Source of the DNA: Smithellaceae bacterium
GTDB taxonomy: Bacteria > Desulfobacterota > Syntrophia > Syntrophales > Smithellaceae
Direction of reading: 5' to 3'
Length of the DNA stretch: 64,000 bases
Assembly (NCBI GenBank): GCA_963667845.2
Contig: CAXXVL010000002.1
Coordinates: forward strand, 2,656,001-2,720,000
Below the pieces are notes generated by a model that worked only from the letters and a program-made list of their open reading frames with translations, searched no databases and had not been told where the DNA came from. Position 1 is the stretch's first letter, and every line of letters starts with the position of its first letter. Positions 39,701 to 48,466 of the stretch are shown here, in pieces. The position numbers and the translations under genes were made by a program.

Positions 39701-42700
39701 CGGTGAAGCGAAAGTTAAAATTATAATCGATAACACGTCACCGGATGTCTCCTTAACTTCGTTGAAGAACGGTGATTATGTCAAAGCGGCGCTTGATATT
39801 AAAGGAACCGCTTTTGATGTCAACCTGGATAATTATTTGCTGGAGATGTCCGAAGACCAATGCAGCACTGCCTTTAAATGGGTATCATTCAAGAAATCGG
39901 CAGCTTCGGTCACCAATGGTTCTCTGGCTATGTGGCAAACCATTCCTGTCGACGGTGACTACTGCATCCGCCTGACAGCATCGGATAAAATCGGTCTGAA
40001 AGCGGAAGCAAAAGTGCAGGTAAAGGTGGACGCCACGCCGCCCTTGCCCACAACCCTGTCGGGTAAAGTTGAAAATAAGACGGATGCATCATTTAGCTGG
40101 ATAAAGAATACGGAGGCGGATCTGGCGGGCTACAATCTGTTCAGAGACGACAGGAAAGTGAATGCCGAAATTCTCACGGCGAGCACATTCGCTGACACAG
40201 CTCTGAAAGAGGGAACTTATAAATACACGGTAAAATCAATCGATCTCGCTGGCAATGAAAGTAAACCATCCAATGAAATCGTCCTCAAAGTGGATATTAC
40301 TCCGCCGACCGTCAGGATCGGTTCGCCTGTGGATGGCGCCAGGGTTAGCAGTCTCCTGGATATCAAGGGGACGGCCTTCAGTCAGGATGATTTCACGCAG
40401 TATCGGGTATCGGTCGGCCGGGGAGCCGCTCCTGATTCATGGACTCTGATCAGGACGTCACCCCTGCCGGAAATGTTCGGTTCTTTAGCTCAATGGGATA
40501 CGATCAGCTCGCCGGACGGTGTTTACGCCATAAAACTGGAGGCTGAAGATATCAGCGGAAATGCGGGAACTTATCAAATCAGCGTGAATGTGGACAATAC
40601 GCCTCCCTCCGCCACGGTTTTCTTGACTGCGGTGCCGAATGGTTCAAGCGTAACATTGACCTGGCAGGCCAGTGCGGCGTCCGATCTGGCGGGTTATCTC
40701 CTTTATAGGAATGATCAGCTGGCCAATGTTGCCGGCGTCGCTGTAGGAAACCTCAAGCCCTATCTGATCACCGGAACAACGTATGTCGATAAGATTCTTC
40801 CGGACGGGAAGATGAAATATTATGTCGTCGCCATGGATCAGGCGGGAAACGCCGGCGACCAGTCCAACATGCTCGAGGTAACGATCGACACGCATCCGCC
40901 GCACATCACAATCACCGAACCTCTGAATCTGGTGAAGTTCCAGAATAAGACGCTTCTGCGGGGCGAATCCCCCGATTTGGATATTGCAAATGTTCAGTAT
41001 CAGTATAAGAAGACAACGGATGCGACATGGCACACCCTGGGCGGTGCCATCATCAAGATACCGTTCGTCACATACATTGATCCGGTTGCGCTCGGGCTGA
41101 CCTATGGTGATTACAACGTGCGCGCCGTCGCCACAGACAAAGGCGGCAATGTGGATCCCTCGCCCGCATTCATTACGCTGAAGTATACGGATCTGGCGGC
41201 GCCTGCTGCACCCGCCGATCTCAAAGCGCCGGTTAACGGCGCCGATGTGTCGCTTCTCTGGAAAGCCAATCAGGAGATAGACCTTAACGGGTATAATATC
41301 TACAGGGCCACTGGCAGCGGCGCGAAGACAAAATTGAACACCACCATCATTAAGGATGCCGCTTATCAGGACAAGGGACTGGCAGACGCTTTTTATGCCT
41401 ACGTGGTTACGGCGCTGGATACCCTGGGGAATGAAAGCGAGCCTTCCGGTATTGTTGCGGTCAAGATTTATGCGCCAAAATTGTCTCAGCCCTATACGCC
41501 CTCTGGTCAGAGAGCAATCTCCATGTCCGGTACGGACGGCGGCGCTGGTAATTCCCTTGAGTTGTTTGTTGATTCGGGAACCGGGCCGGTGTCGCAAGGT
41601 ACGGTAACGGTAGACGGGGTAGGTGCTTTCAGTGTTCCCGTTCTGAATCTGACATCAGGAGAGAACAAGATAACGGCTGCGGCAAAAGATGCCGCGGGTA
41701 ATATCAGCAAGGTGTCAGAATCTGTTTATGTCGTATTCAATGAACCGCCGGCCATGCCTACGGGCTTTGGTGCTGCTGTACAAGGACACGAAGTCAACCT
41801 GACCTGGAATCCGAATGCGGAAGCAGACCTGTCCGGATATAACCTGTACAGGAACGGCGTGAAAGTGAACAAAGCCCTTCCGGTTACTTCCGGTAATGCA
41901 ACGGCATCATCTTCGGACTATTTCAATGTGTCCGACCGGGCTTTTGACGGTAATACGACCACTTATTGGCACACCTATTCGCGGACCAGTCCGGAAAGCC
42001 AGGCCTGGTGGGAAGTCGCGTTGCCATCCATCGAGTTGATCAATCGGCTGGAGATCTATTGGCACTCCTACACGGATGATTACGGAGCCGAGATAATTTA
42101 TGGTGGCAGGAATTTTGAAATTCAGGTCTGGTCGGGACATGTCTGGATTACGCATGACCGGGTGACGGGAAATACTGCCCGGCAAAATCTGTTTGAGTTC
42201 AGTCCGTCATACCGTACGGATAGAATCAGAATACACATTACCGACGCGCACGATCCTTCAAGTGTCGGCCTGGTGGAAGTCAAAGTCAGCAAAGATAATG
42301 TGATATCACAAACAAATTATACTGATCTCAATGTATCCGACGGGCGATACAAGTATAAGCTTACGGCGGTCGACTATTATGGTTTTGAGAGCGTTCCGAC
42401 AGAGGAAAAACAGACCGCGGTCGGCGATGTGATCCTGCCGGATGCTCCGCTTAATTTAACAACTTCTGTTTCCGGTTCGAACATCGTTTCGAACTGGGAT
42501 GCGAATACAGATCAGGATCTGGCCGGCTATGCCGCTTACCGGAATAACGGTCCCGCCTGGATTCGTCTGAATCCCGCAGCCTTGGCTACGGCGAATACCT
42601 ATACTGATGCCGGCCTGGCGAATGGCAGCTATCTCTATCGCGTCACGGCATTTGACGCCGTGGGGAACGAGAGTCTGCCATCCAATGAATCTCAGGCAAT

Positions 42701-45700
42701 GGTGAATATTGATCCTCCCCAGCCGCCCGTATCTTTATCCATATCCGTGATCGCCCGGGGCGGCGCCCTGAGCGCAACCTGGACATACAGCGGTCAGGCG
42801 CCCGCTGGCTGTAATCTGTATCGAGCGACAACATCCGGTGGCCCGTATATAAAAGTGAACAGCGCCTTCATCGGCACCAACACTTTCCTGGATGAAAATC
42901 TGACTAACGGCGCAACCTATTATTATGTCGTGACAGCGGTTGATGCACTGGGCAATGAGAGCGCCTATTCCAATGAAGCCGTGGGAACACCGCAGGATGG
43001 CGAGGTGCCGCTGACGCCGAATATTTATTCCCCGACGATTTCATGTGTGCCTGTTACGCTGTATCAAAACATAACCGATATCACCGGTAATGCCGAACCC
43101 GGATCGACTGTGGAGCTATTCAGAAATGAACTTTCGTGGGGGAAGGTGACGGCATTGAACCAAACATTTACTCGGAAGATATTGCTGGAAAATGTTGCAG
43201 ACGTTGCCGTATCACCGGACGGCGCGATGTTGACCTATGACCAAAATAATTATGTCTGGTTGAAAAATATTGCCGACAACACTCTGAAACAAATAGGTGA
43301 AGGTTACACGCGGGCATCGTGGGCGCCAGATTCGGTGAGATTTGCCTATAGAAATTATGATTCCCGCTACCAGATGTATAATATCAAGACAGGCATCAGC
43401 AGTGCGCTGACCCATGACGAGAATGTCTATGAGGAAAATCTGTCTTGGTCATCCGATGCGGGTAAAATTGTGTTCGTCAGTGGCAATTATGAATGGAACG
43501 CCTGGGTCAAAGACCTGACAAGCGGAGAACTCAAGCAGGTCACATTCTCGGGTAATGTGTATAATGCCAAAATTTCACCGGACGGGACCCGAATAGCTTA
43601 TTTCGAGAATTATGATTTATACGTCGTTAATGCCGGGAGTCTTCAGACGATCAAAATCGATTCAGACGCAAGAGAGGATTGGATCAGCTGGTCGCCCGAC
43701 AGCAAAAAGATAACTTATGTATCGACCAAGAATACACCGAATAATATTTTGGTTGCCGATGTCGAGACCAATCAAATTATCAAAACAATCAATTCACCTG
43801 ACAATGAATCCAGCCCCATTTGGGCGCCCGACGGGCAGAGTATAATCTTCATGCAGAAGAATAGCGGTGCCGGTTATACTGCTTCAGAAGCTCGTCTGAA
43901 TTCTGAACAGATTAATTCACTGGCTTCAAATATCGGTGATAATTTTGCATATATTGATTGTCTGAGATCGGGTGATATTGCTTACTACGATCAGAATCAA
44001 TTAAATATGATTACCCGGAAAGGGCAATTCAGTTTTAAAGACGCGGCGCTGAAAGAGGGCATAAATATTTTCTACGTTAAAGCCGCCGATGCGTTTGAAA
44101 ATATCAGTGCTCCTTCAGACGCGATAAACGTCTTTTGCAACACAAGCACGATGCCCGACCTGGAAATGACGGCTGACGATATTGCAGTCTACCCGCCCTA
44201 TCCAAAACCGGGTGAAAGGGTATCGATCTATGTATCGCCCAGAAATGTAGGTGCGGTCGATGCCGAGAATGTGACCATTGCAATCTACATGCTGACCAAC
44301 GGCAAATGGACGCTCTTGAAATATGAACCTGTGCCGTTGATCGTTGCCGGTGCTTCACAGCCGATCCATCTGGAATGGAGCAGTATGACCGCGACCGGGT
44401 TAAACACGTTCTTTGCGGCAATTGATCCGGAGGATGCGATCCGTGAAATATCCGAAGACAATAATACGGCCTTCAAAGATATTGTCGTGATGGAGCGCAG
44501 TGGCGTTGAAATGACGACAAAACTGGATGCCGGCCAATACGGATCCGACCAGGATGTCCGTATCAATGTTAATGTGAGAAATTCCGGCGAAGGCCTGAGT
44601 GCTCTGCTTACCGTAGCTGTCGAGGATATAGACGGCGGATTAGCCGCAACACTTGTGCCGGTCAATATCCAGATGGACTATGCATCCGATAAGAATATCA
44701 GTTTCGTCTGGAATACGGCATCCTCATTCAGCGGTCAATATCATGTCCGCGCCGTGTTAAAGTCGGGCCAGACGGCGATGGCCGAAAATATCGTCGCCTT
44801 TAAAATCACTCCGGAAATGAAAGTTGACCCGGTAACCCTTACAACGGACAAAACCATCTACCTGTCCAATGAAAATACGGAAATGAGTGTCAACATCACG
44901 AATGCCAGCACCAATGTGATTATTCCCGAACTGACGGCGACCGTAAGGATCACGGACGCGGGGGCTGCCGTTATTTTCGCGGATGAAAAGAAGATAGCGA
45001 CCCTTCTTGCCGGTGCCACCTGCAACGTGAAAAGTTTATGGAATACGGCCGCATCGCTGCCCGGAATTTATCTGGTAACATTGGAGGTGTTTGTAGAGAA
45101 AAATCTGGTTGCCACAAGGACTGCGCAGTTCAGCATTGATCTGATCGGCAGGGTCACCGGGTCGATTGCCGCAGCTCCGACGTCCGTATTATACGGGAGT
45201 GATGCAAGATTTGATTATACGGTGAAAAATACCGGCAATATGGATCTCAGCGGTCTGCCCCTGCTTCTCACAATCATTGATCCCGGCTTACAGGATGTCC
45301 TGAGTTCGGTTGAGGCTGCTGTTGATCTTCCGATCCATGCGGAAAAGACGGGCAGCTTTATCATTGCCACACAGGGATACAAGCTCACGACCTATGTCGC
45401 GGTTCTGCAAAGTGTTCATCAGGGCAACGTCAGAAAAATAGCTGATGCATCCTTTGTTGTCAGAGACGGACTGTCGCCGGTTCTCAGTCTATTAACGCCC
45501 ATCGCCGGGACTGTGTGTAAATCCGCGATAGACATTGCCGTTACCGTGGTGGATGACCTCTCCGGCGTGGCCAGGGTTGAGTATCAAATCGATGCGGGTG
45601 AGTGGAAGTATCTGCCGGTTGCGGACGCGGCGACCGGCCGGTATTCTGTCGTCTGGAATCCGGTGAAGGCGGACGAAGGTGCTCACACCATCAGCTTCCG

Positions 45701-48008
45701 CGCAATCGATCAGGCGCTGAATATGAGTATTCCTGTATCGACAAATATCATTATCAACCTGACGCCCGTTATGGCACCGGTCATTAATTCGCCGGCGAAT
45801 AACGCCACTGTGGTAATAGACACAATCAATATCATGGGTGTTTCTGAACCCGGATATACCGTGAACATGGAATTCCAGGGAAATGCCAGCATGGCGCAAG
45901 GAGATGTGACAAGCGGGGCTATTACGTTTGCAGGGATTCGATTAACACCCGGCAGTAACAACTTTAAATTCTTTGCCAAAGACCAGACCGGCAATACAAG
46001 TGACGTGGTTCAGTATGCACTGATCTATCTGCCGTTGAAGACGACCCTTGCGGTTGACAAACCGGCATACAGCATCAAGGAAGATGTCAACATCGCTGCA
46101 AGGATGTCGAACATCAGCACCGCTTATCCGCTAGGCAACCTGACAGCAAAGCTATCGTTGCTGGGCAGCGGCGGTCAGACGATATTTAATGAAGAACAGC
46201 CTATTGCGGCCCTGGCACCCGGGGCGAGTCTGGACTTGAAGAGAATTTGGAACACGGTTGTCAATTCCAGGGGCAGTTATTCGGTCAAACTGCAGATGTT
46301 TGATGGCAACAATCTGTTGAGTACTGACGTGACCACGTTTGAAATATTGAGCACAACCGTCACGGGTGACGGTCTTGCAGGCACTGTCGCCGCGTCGCCC
46401 GCGCAAGTATTCATCGGGAATAACGAAGCCATTTCCTATAGCGTCAGCAATGGCGGTAATGAAGACATCATGGCGATGACTGTAAAAACATTGATTCTCA
46501 ATTCCGCTACGCAGACGCAAGTTGCGGAATTCACAGATCAGCAATCCATCACAAAAGACAGTGCTGTTGCCGGAATAAACAACTTTTTGACATCCTCTCT
46601 AATTCCCGGCTTTTACAGCGCTGTGTTGATGGTTGTTACGCCTTCCATGGCCATGCCGAAAAAACTGGCGTTTGCCGAATTCGAGATTAAAGGCGGTGTT
46701 GAAATGACTAAAACGATCAACACGGCCACGCACAATCTCCTGACCTGGGTCAACGATAAATGTTTGCGCGGGATTTCGCGGAATGAAGCGAATTGCGTAA
46801 AGCCGCGTCCCGATCAAACATGTGTCAGACTGGATCTGCTGGAAAAGATTTTGAAGGACTCTGAAGCCAACTATCATATTGTTTATGACAGGGATGATTT
46901 CACGGCGGCTCTCAGGAACCCGTTTTACACCGATTTCATTATATTCGGTGATCATGAACCGTTAACAGGTCATCATGCTGCTGAATTACGAGAACAGATA
47001 TATGCAGGAAAGGGCATGATTTTTTCGCTTTATTTCAAAGACCGTCTGCATGACCATGATGATCATGATTCCATATTCGGATATACGTACCGCGGTCATT
47101 TGCCCGGCACAACTCATACAGTCAATATACCAGCGGGAAGTCTTTTTGATGCGGCGACGTTCGAAGCAGAAGGGGAAGCCCTGAAGGTGGAGGCTGAAAA
47201 ACCGGAAAGTGTTCAGGCCTGGATCAAATGGCAGCACCGCTATGAGTGTAACCCATTGCCCGGTGAATACCCGGGAATTATTGCCAAACCCTATGGACTG
47301 GGAAAGACGGTATTTTTCGCTTTCGATTACAATGCATCACTGACGGATGATAATTATGCAACATTGGCAATGCTGTTAAAGAAGGCGGTCACCTATATCC
47401 ATGACGCGACGGTACCTGGCGTTTATCCGTCTCAGAAATATGTTCCCGTTCGGATCGGTTTGAAGAATCTTGGTGAAGCTGTTGATTTGCGGCTGACCGA
47501 AAGATACCCTGCGGGCATTGATATTTATGATCCGGAGACGGGTCAATGGATGACCGACAGGCCATGGATATTTGATGTTAACATACCGAAAGGCGAGGGC
47601 AGGACCATTGATTATTTTGCTTTTACCCCCGCTGTTACGGGCGTCTATGAGTTACAAACGGATGTAGACATGAGTGAAAATGGAAACTATCATTTTTACA
47701 AGAGTCTCAGTGTAAATGTGAATGTGAAAGAAACCGCTGCAAATCTTGAGGCAGATGTAGTCAATGCACTGAATGCCCTGCAGCCGACGTCAATGGCGGA
47801 CAAAAAACGGATCAGGAGCGCTGTTTCGCTGATAAAGACTGTCCGGGCCAGAAAGGTAAATTCCAAGCATGATGCAGAGAAGAATATCATGGATATTGTG
47901 TCCGCAGTAGAAAAATTGATTGATGTCCGAACGATCGATATCGTGAGTATCCGATTAATGCTGGACGAACTCCTTCAGATTTGGGAGGCAAAATATCAGA
48001 CGTATTGA
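30798..48008 (+). CDS. Giant (5,736 aa) exported multidomain protein: zincin HExxH, QW-repeat alpha-toroid, CARDB, FlgD-Ig, TolB/PD40 propellers, Ig, Fn3, discoidin
   Basis: Uninterrupted 17.2-kb ORF; signal peptide ..SIA-Q; LSHELMHRW; five QxxDGxW/F repeats; CARDB (VDPxNxxxExxxxNN); four SPN(G/N)DG motifs; WSPDG repeats; Fn3 (DLAGYNLYR...YxVxAxDxxGNES); RAFDGNTTTYW. Confidence 0.9.
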   Translation: MDGVYRSITDYVKYLFIVFVALLSFPANSIAQEFTAKSVGSYGSIAVMEVTGNYDANNPDAGITAIPRRIIANEFYKIYKDEYDFIVIFSNFDFLMPKPQALAFYHGVKNDTKGIGVPLFDNTALYGSNAKLQGMVDMGNTVALVSDPLSPKFENSLGTLSHELMHRWSAFVKFKGFDGDPSSALLGEDGMHWSFLLDSRGSLMYGNQWQDNGNGTFTSISMRKNYSPLDLYLMGFIDKAQVPPIMLIENSDVNPARMPELGATITGTARHITIDEIIALEGERIPASADSQKTFKIAFILVTRPGTFSGNELTGIEVMRQEWLKRYSILTDGIGLIDVDLKSKEDIPIGGGYPDPVVTPRPLPPNIEDGVQWLMASQKTEGNWMDLSRTTVRDTTETLQALKNFSVAQHNYSRGLQWLSGNNLTVTDYLARKIETLKLSGQDVAALLADLVSRQNSDGGWGSNKTYMSNPMDTSFALRALSATGYADQSIVTPAIAYLKSTQNGDGGWGNEEGSNIESTANVLGAFNKYRQQYVLEDPIKNALAFLNARQNGDGGFGNSPSTVYDTAMAVIALQDIKGLTSGIQQGVNFILGLQSGDGSWYGSAHQTAMAVSAVWNATVTPDLAIDPQDITFTPNTITGLPASITVNAKITNLGRTDVPQVKVVLYDSVVSEATKVGEQLVAFPGQSAVSISFPIIIRDGNAHKFYISIDPDNVVAESNKVNNVAVNMISPATTYDFETLSSDISFSQNPVDITKDVTISSKISNKGIMNTYNVQVKYYIDDPAGRIDIATATVDIPANAVIASQVVWKTGKAGSNLPVAIEVDPNNAFTEISKTNNKAIAGLTVNGSTQPNLTASFKDIIITPAVINQQGSVNIKATIRNEGFAPVSTVKVDFYLGVPGVDGVLIGSQTILSLAAGLSAQVSLDWLSIPVSGEKILYVRVDPDNFLPEITKEDNDAFTTITILSIPDLAISANSITFDPSAPKDGDTVAINIIVKNLGRQAANNVTVRASESDTVIGSQAISVIAGNSQGTATVSFNTTGKPGAHEITVAVDPDNLIVERSKDNNIAMRAFGVQDANLWVTEKYISPNGDGIKDSTDFFFRLSLTQSVKINVINERGEVVRTFNDDTLSNISGGNISWNGFNDNGMVVADGEYQITIVDAGSNNIGSLVVTVDNNQSPLVKAIGTKYLLKNNLTCMLPDITDWQWFPDESGMLIQINNANPDAPEYTAGLYTVSPDGQDILRIVPWEWSDQDAKYSYSIDKEISPDGNQVLVVLKKWEKFDWYSTLVLSQLWVVDKDGRNLRLLDSYDSSVNKWIERGGWLPDSKQLAYSVSSELWLIKSDGADKVKIDSTAGGGLGYHKWSPDGKKMIYEYITYDETGSWDCRLELINTAGGKRVLTLGNDVGEYGFEWLGNEKIIVKSNLYSDFNQYLWLVDSTGIGNHIKLSDNLRSFEINPGKTKALFIEDSPDHTFLKIVDANGDISPVYETRKYQPTASIVSVRENTSPVSRVQKDVAVPANQSMSASWSPDGTKIALYDNTYELIDECHAVQYLVVIDLKTNSQKAYPSSTCVNTCDTNLGYQSDGKTRVASAKRDLLNDKNANSQTDPVNGNFRNGYIACVVVVDPSCAHDGANGLRWLSDNVSLLSSNGDGLFALNSDDGTKVYLPVPSEATLSPFGRYFTYGQYVDDTSICHGRGYQDIWAMSSLLNLTADLFVKKEKSAVVLRGTAADLHFEGYKLEYADAQNPTVWKLVKPPSDVSVINDVLTTWVPPSEGVFYVKLTVWDKAGNVKWDRKRVTWGLSASISNLYKTIDLMSPNGDGMKDTVELHYTVLEPVNLEFNIYDANNNVVRMYAKSHASTGEDFIAWDGRDSNGQTVPDGKYRIQVFDYDFFVTVDNTAPNTNIELSLIKQQCLTRPDEISPEDCSLYVDMHGLAYDVNLGGWIAEYGAGDNPPEWFEYLKGESVLAAADEGGNILSPLQMTKIATITGNDIAWFIGKKIRLAASDYAANRSTAVSSQLEERVILFKWDDKNLSLKESSARTAFLPANLIRTGVHDLSVLLTVRTPIVGMCVQYWNGHQWIDGPQNNNPPAGYTNIQWNNADINPDDIIAVRVGAMDETGNEHYSSIFYVRPTLALTASCNGNAFAHNYTLQKLSRLALQIISTDDTNYLEWTDWVVYETAGGNSVPEGEFQFIDALSDSNRVKPGKSYTFRMLVTESGENPQNYEPVTLAYPPKCMQMGLFIDYPEALQCNALSGTADLRIELKKGMYETANQYVSLDYSLRDAKGSQLLRHIDLSKNQNMSIRIDTTQIPEGRYTAEAKLKYVDLNNNLQTIEADAALVVDRTLPIAAITYPTDSTTVCPVKKANAGGDRFEIPIEGIAADATGIRDYAFYYGIGENLEAPRQADVTDIKKAQVHGKMGDWNVTNLSGADYNLRLKVVDTVGNTSCHAAKLTVDKRIEIHLFSDKYLFSPNGDGVLDDVTVNYDISEYAKVDAKVYRLLEQSDHTYVLDQAPIKTIAAGMTHIGGAGYLTWDGTTDAGPAAADDIYGITLLATDSCGNANTKWIPVRVDNTPPATVVKYPRPPDVLGNVVEVRGTADDLHFQSYVIEAGQGQNPESFAYVASGASAVKEETILGKWNTFGLEGAWTLRLTGKDVVGNEQATTVTINLGQRKNLVKDIGLLPTLFSPNNDGKLDTTIVKYELTDACQIKIEILDSDNVVRKTYTDTTPTQGSCTYVWDGKNDAGVVVPDGVYKLLLTAALSTNTAITQTEAATVTVDVTTPTIDIKQPLNDSYLKVGSLSVFGTVSDKNIKEYATVYSGDNGNVSLDAGNQNRENYIFSALTEIPEGKYTLNVKAKDNAENIKDSNIVFTIDTTSPQVILDKPKTGEYYGSDKNTINIAGSIIEKNLDYFKLRYGPGDNPAQWIDLQTANTVPTNPQLYTWRVGKNDGVADGVYTMSLYAKDKADWTGEAKVKIIIDNTSPDVSLTSLKNGDYVKAALDIKGTAFDVNLDNYLLEMSEDQCSTAFKWVSFKKSAASVTNGSLAMWQTIPVDGDYCIRLTASDKIGLKAEAKVQVKVDATPPLPTTLSGKVENKTDASFSWIKNTEADLAGYNLFRDDRKVNAEILTASTFADTALKEGTYKYTVKSIDLAGNESKPSNEIVLKVDITPPTVRIGSPVDGARVSSLLDIKGTAFSQDDFTQYRVSVGRGAAPDSWTLIRTSPLPEMFGSLAQWDTISSPDGVYAIKLEAEDISGNAGTYQISVNVDNTPPSATVFLTAVPNGSSVTLTWQASAASDLAGYLLYRNDQLANVAGVAVGNLKPYLITGTTYVDKILPDGKMKYYVVAMDQAGNAGDQSNMLEVTIDTHPPHITITEPLNLVKFQNKTLLRGESPDLDIANVQYQYKKTTDATWHTLGGAIIKIPFVTYIDPVALGLTYGDYNVRAVATDKGGNVDPSPAFITLKYTDLAAPAAPADLKAPVNGADVSLLWKANQEIDLNGYNIYRATGSGAKTKLNTTIIKDAAYQDKGLADAFYAYVVTALDTLGNESEPSGIVAVKIYAPKLSQPYTPSGQRAISMSGTDGGAGNSLELFVDSGTGPVSQGTVTVDGVGAFSVPVLNLTSGENKITAAAKDAAGNISKVSESVYVVFNEPPAMPTGFGAAVQGHEVNLTWNPNAEADLSGYNLYRNGVKVNKALPVTSGNATASSSDYFNVSDRAFDGNTTTYWHTYSRTSPESQAWWEVALPSIELINRLEIYWHSYTDDYGAEIIYGGRNFEIQVWSGHVWITHDRVTGNTARQNLFEFSPSYRTDRIRIHITDAHDPSSVGLVEVKVSKDNVISQTNYTDLNVSDGRYKYKLTAVDYYGFESVPTEEKQTAVGDVILPDAPLNLTTSVSGSNIVSNWDANTDQDLAGYAAYRNNGPAWIRLNPAALATANTYTDAGLANGSYLYRVTAFDAVGNESLPSNESQAMVNIDPPQPPVSLSISVIARGGALSATWTYSGQAPAGCNLYRATTSGGPYIKVNSAFIGTNTFLDENLTNGATYYYVVTAVDALGNESAYSNEAVGTPQDGEVPLTPNIYSPTISCVPVTLYQNITDITGNAEPGSTVELFRNELSWGKVTALNQTFTRKILLENVADVAVSPDGAMLTYDQNNYVWLKNIADNTLKQIGEGYTRASWAPDSVRFAYRNYDSRYQMYNIKTGISSALTHDENVYEENLSWSSDAGKIVFVSGNYEWNAWVKDLTSGELKQVTFSGNVYNAKISPDGTRIAYFENYDLYVVNAGSLQTIKIDSDAREDWISWSPDSKKITYVSTKNTPNNILVADVETNQIIKTINSPDNESSPIWAPDGQSIIFMQKNSGAGYTASEARLNSEQINSLASNIGDNFAYIDCLRSGDIAYYDQNQLNMITRKGQFSFKDAALKEGINIFYVKAADAFENISAPSDAINVFCNTSTMPDLEMTADDIAVYPPYPKPGERVSIYVSPRNVGAVDAENVTIAIYMLTNGKWTLLKYEPVPLIVAGASQPIHLEWSSMTATGLNTFFAAIDPEDAIREISEDNNTAFKDIVVMERSGVEMTTKLDAGQYGSDQDVRINVNVRNSGEGLSALLTVAVEDIDGGLAATLVPVNIQMDYASDKNISFVWNTASSFSGQYHVRAVLKSGQTAMAENIVAFKITPEMKVDPVTLTTDKTIYLSNENTEMSVNITNASTNVIIPELTATVRITDAGAAVIFADEKKIATLLAGATCNVKSLWNTAASLPGIYLVTLEVFVEKNLVATRTAQFSIDLIGRVTGSIAAAPTSVLYGSDARFDYTVKNTGNMDLSGLPLLLTIIDPGLQDVLSSVEAAVDLPIHAEKTGSFIIATQGYKLTTYVAVLQSVHQGNVRKIADASFVVRDGLSPVLSLLTPIAGTVCKSAIDIAVTVVDDLSGVARVEYQIDAGEWKYLPVADAATGRYSVVWNPVKADEGAHTISFRAIDQALNMSIPVSTNIIINLTPVMAPVINSPANNATVVIDTINIMGVSEPGYTVNMEFQGNASMAQGDVTSGAITFAGIRLTPGSNNFKFFAKDQTGNTSDVVQYALIYLPLKTTLAVDKPAYSIKEDVNIAARMSNISTAYPLGNLTAKLSLLGSGGQTIFNEEQPIAALAPGASLDLKRIWNTVVNSRGSYSVKLQMFDGNNLLSTDVTTFEILSTTVTGDGLAGTVAASPAQVFIGNNEAISYSVSNGGNEDIMAMTVKTLILNSATQTQVAEFTDQQSITKDSAVAGINNFLTSSLIPGFYSAVLMVVTPSMAMPKKLAFAEFEIKGGVEMTKTINTATHNLLTWVNDKCLRGISRNEANCVKPRPDQTCVRLDLLEKILKDSEANYHIVYDRDDFTAALRNPFYTDFIIFGDHEPLTGHHAAELREQIYAGKGMIFSLYFKDRLHDHDDHDSIFGYTYRGHLPGTTHTVNIPAGSLFDAATFEAEGEALKVEAEKPESVQAWIKWQHRYECNPLPGEYPGIIAKPYGLGKTVFFAFDYNASLTDDNYATLAMLLKKAVTYIHDATVPGVYPSQKYVPVRIGLKNLGEAVDLRLTERYPAGIDIYDPETGQWMTDRPWIFDVNIPKGEGRTIDYFAFTPAVTGVYELQTDVDMSENGNYHFYKSLSVNVNVKETAANLEADVVNALNALQPTSMADKKRIRSAVSLIKTVRARKVNSKHDAEKNIMDIVSAVEKLIDVRTIDIVSIRLMLDELLQIWEAKYQTY

Positions 48009-48466
48009 AATAGCAGGTTTTGCCTCGGGGAACGGCGACAAAGCCTGACATAAGGAATCCAGTACCTGCACTTCTTCTGCCGTCGGGCGGCCGGGGGAAA
48101 TGCGTGCGAAAGATAGCGCGGGATTTTTGTGATTATTTTATCTTCAGCATAAGGCTTTTCTTCTGAACGGGAATAATTAAGATATTCCCCCGTCTTGCCG
48201 ATTGAAATTGATTTGATCGAGGCAGGATGAATCCTGCATCATTTTATGCACTCTGATCGCGAAGCAATGACCGCCTTTTTCTTCAGAAAAAACTATAAAT
48301 CGTGCTGTCGCCATAGTATATGCTTTCAAAAGATTATTGAAATGTTGTGGATTTGAAGAAACAAAAAGATTAATAAGAAATAGTTCGAGCATAACTTACA
48401 GCCTGAGCCTGAAGAATAGTGCTGAGACAACTCTTCAAGGGGAGAGCTTCTTTCATTCTTTGAATA

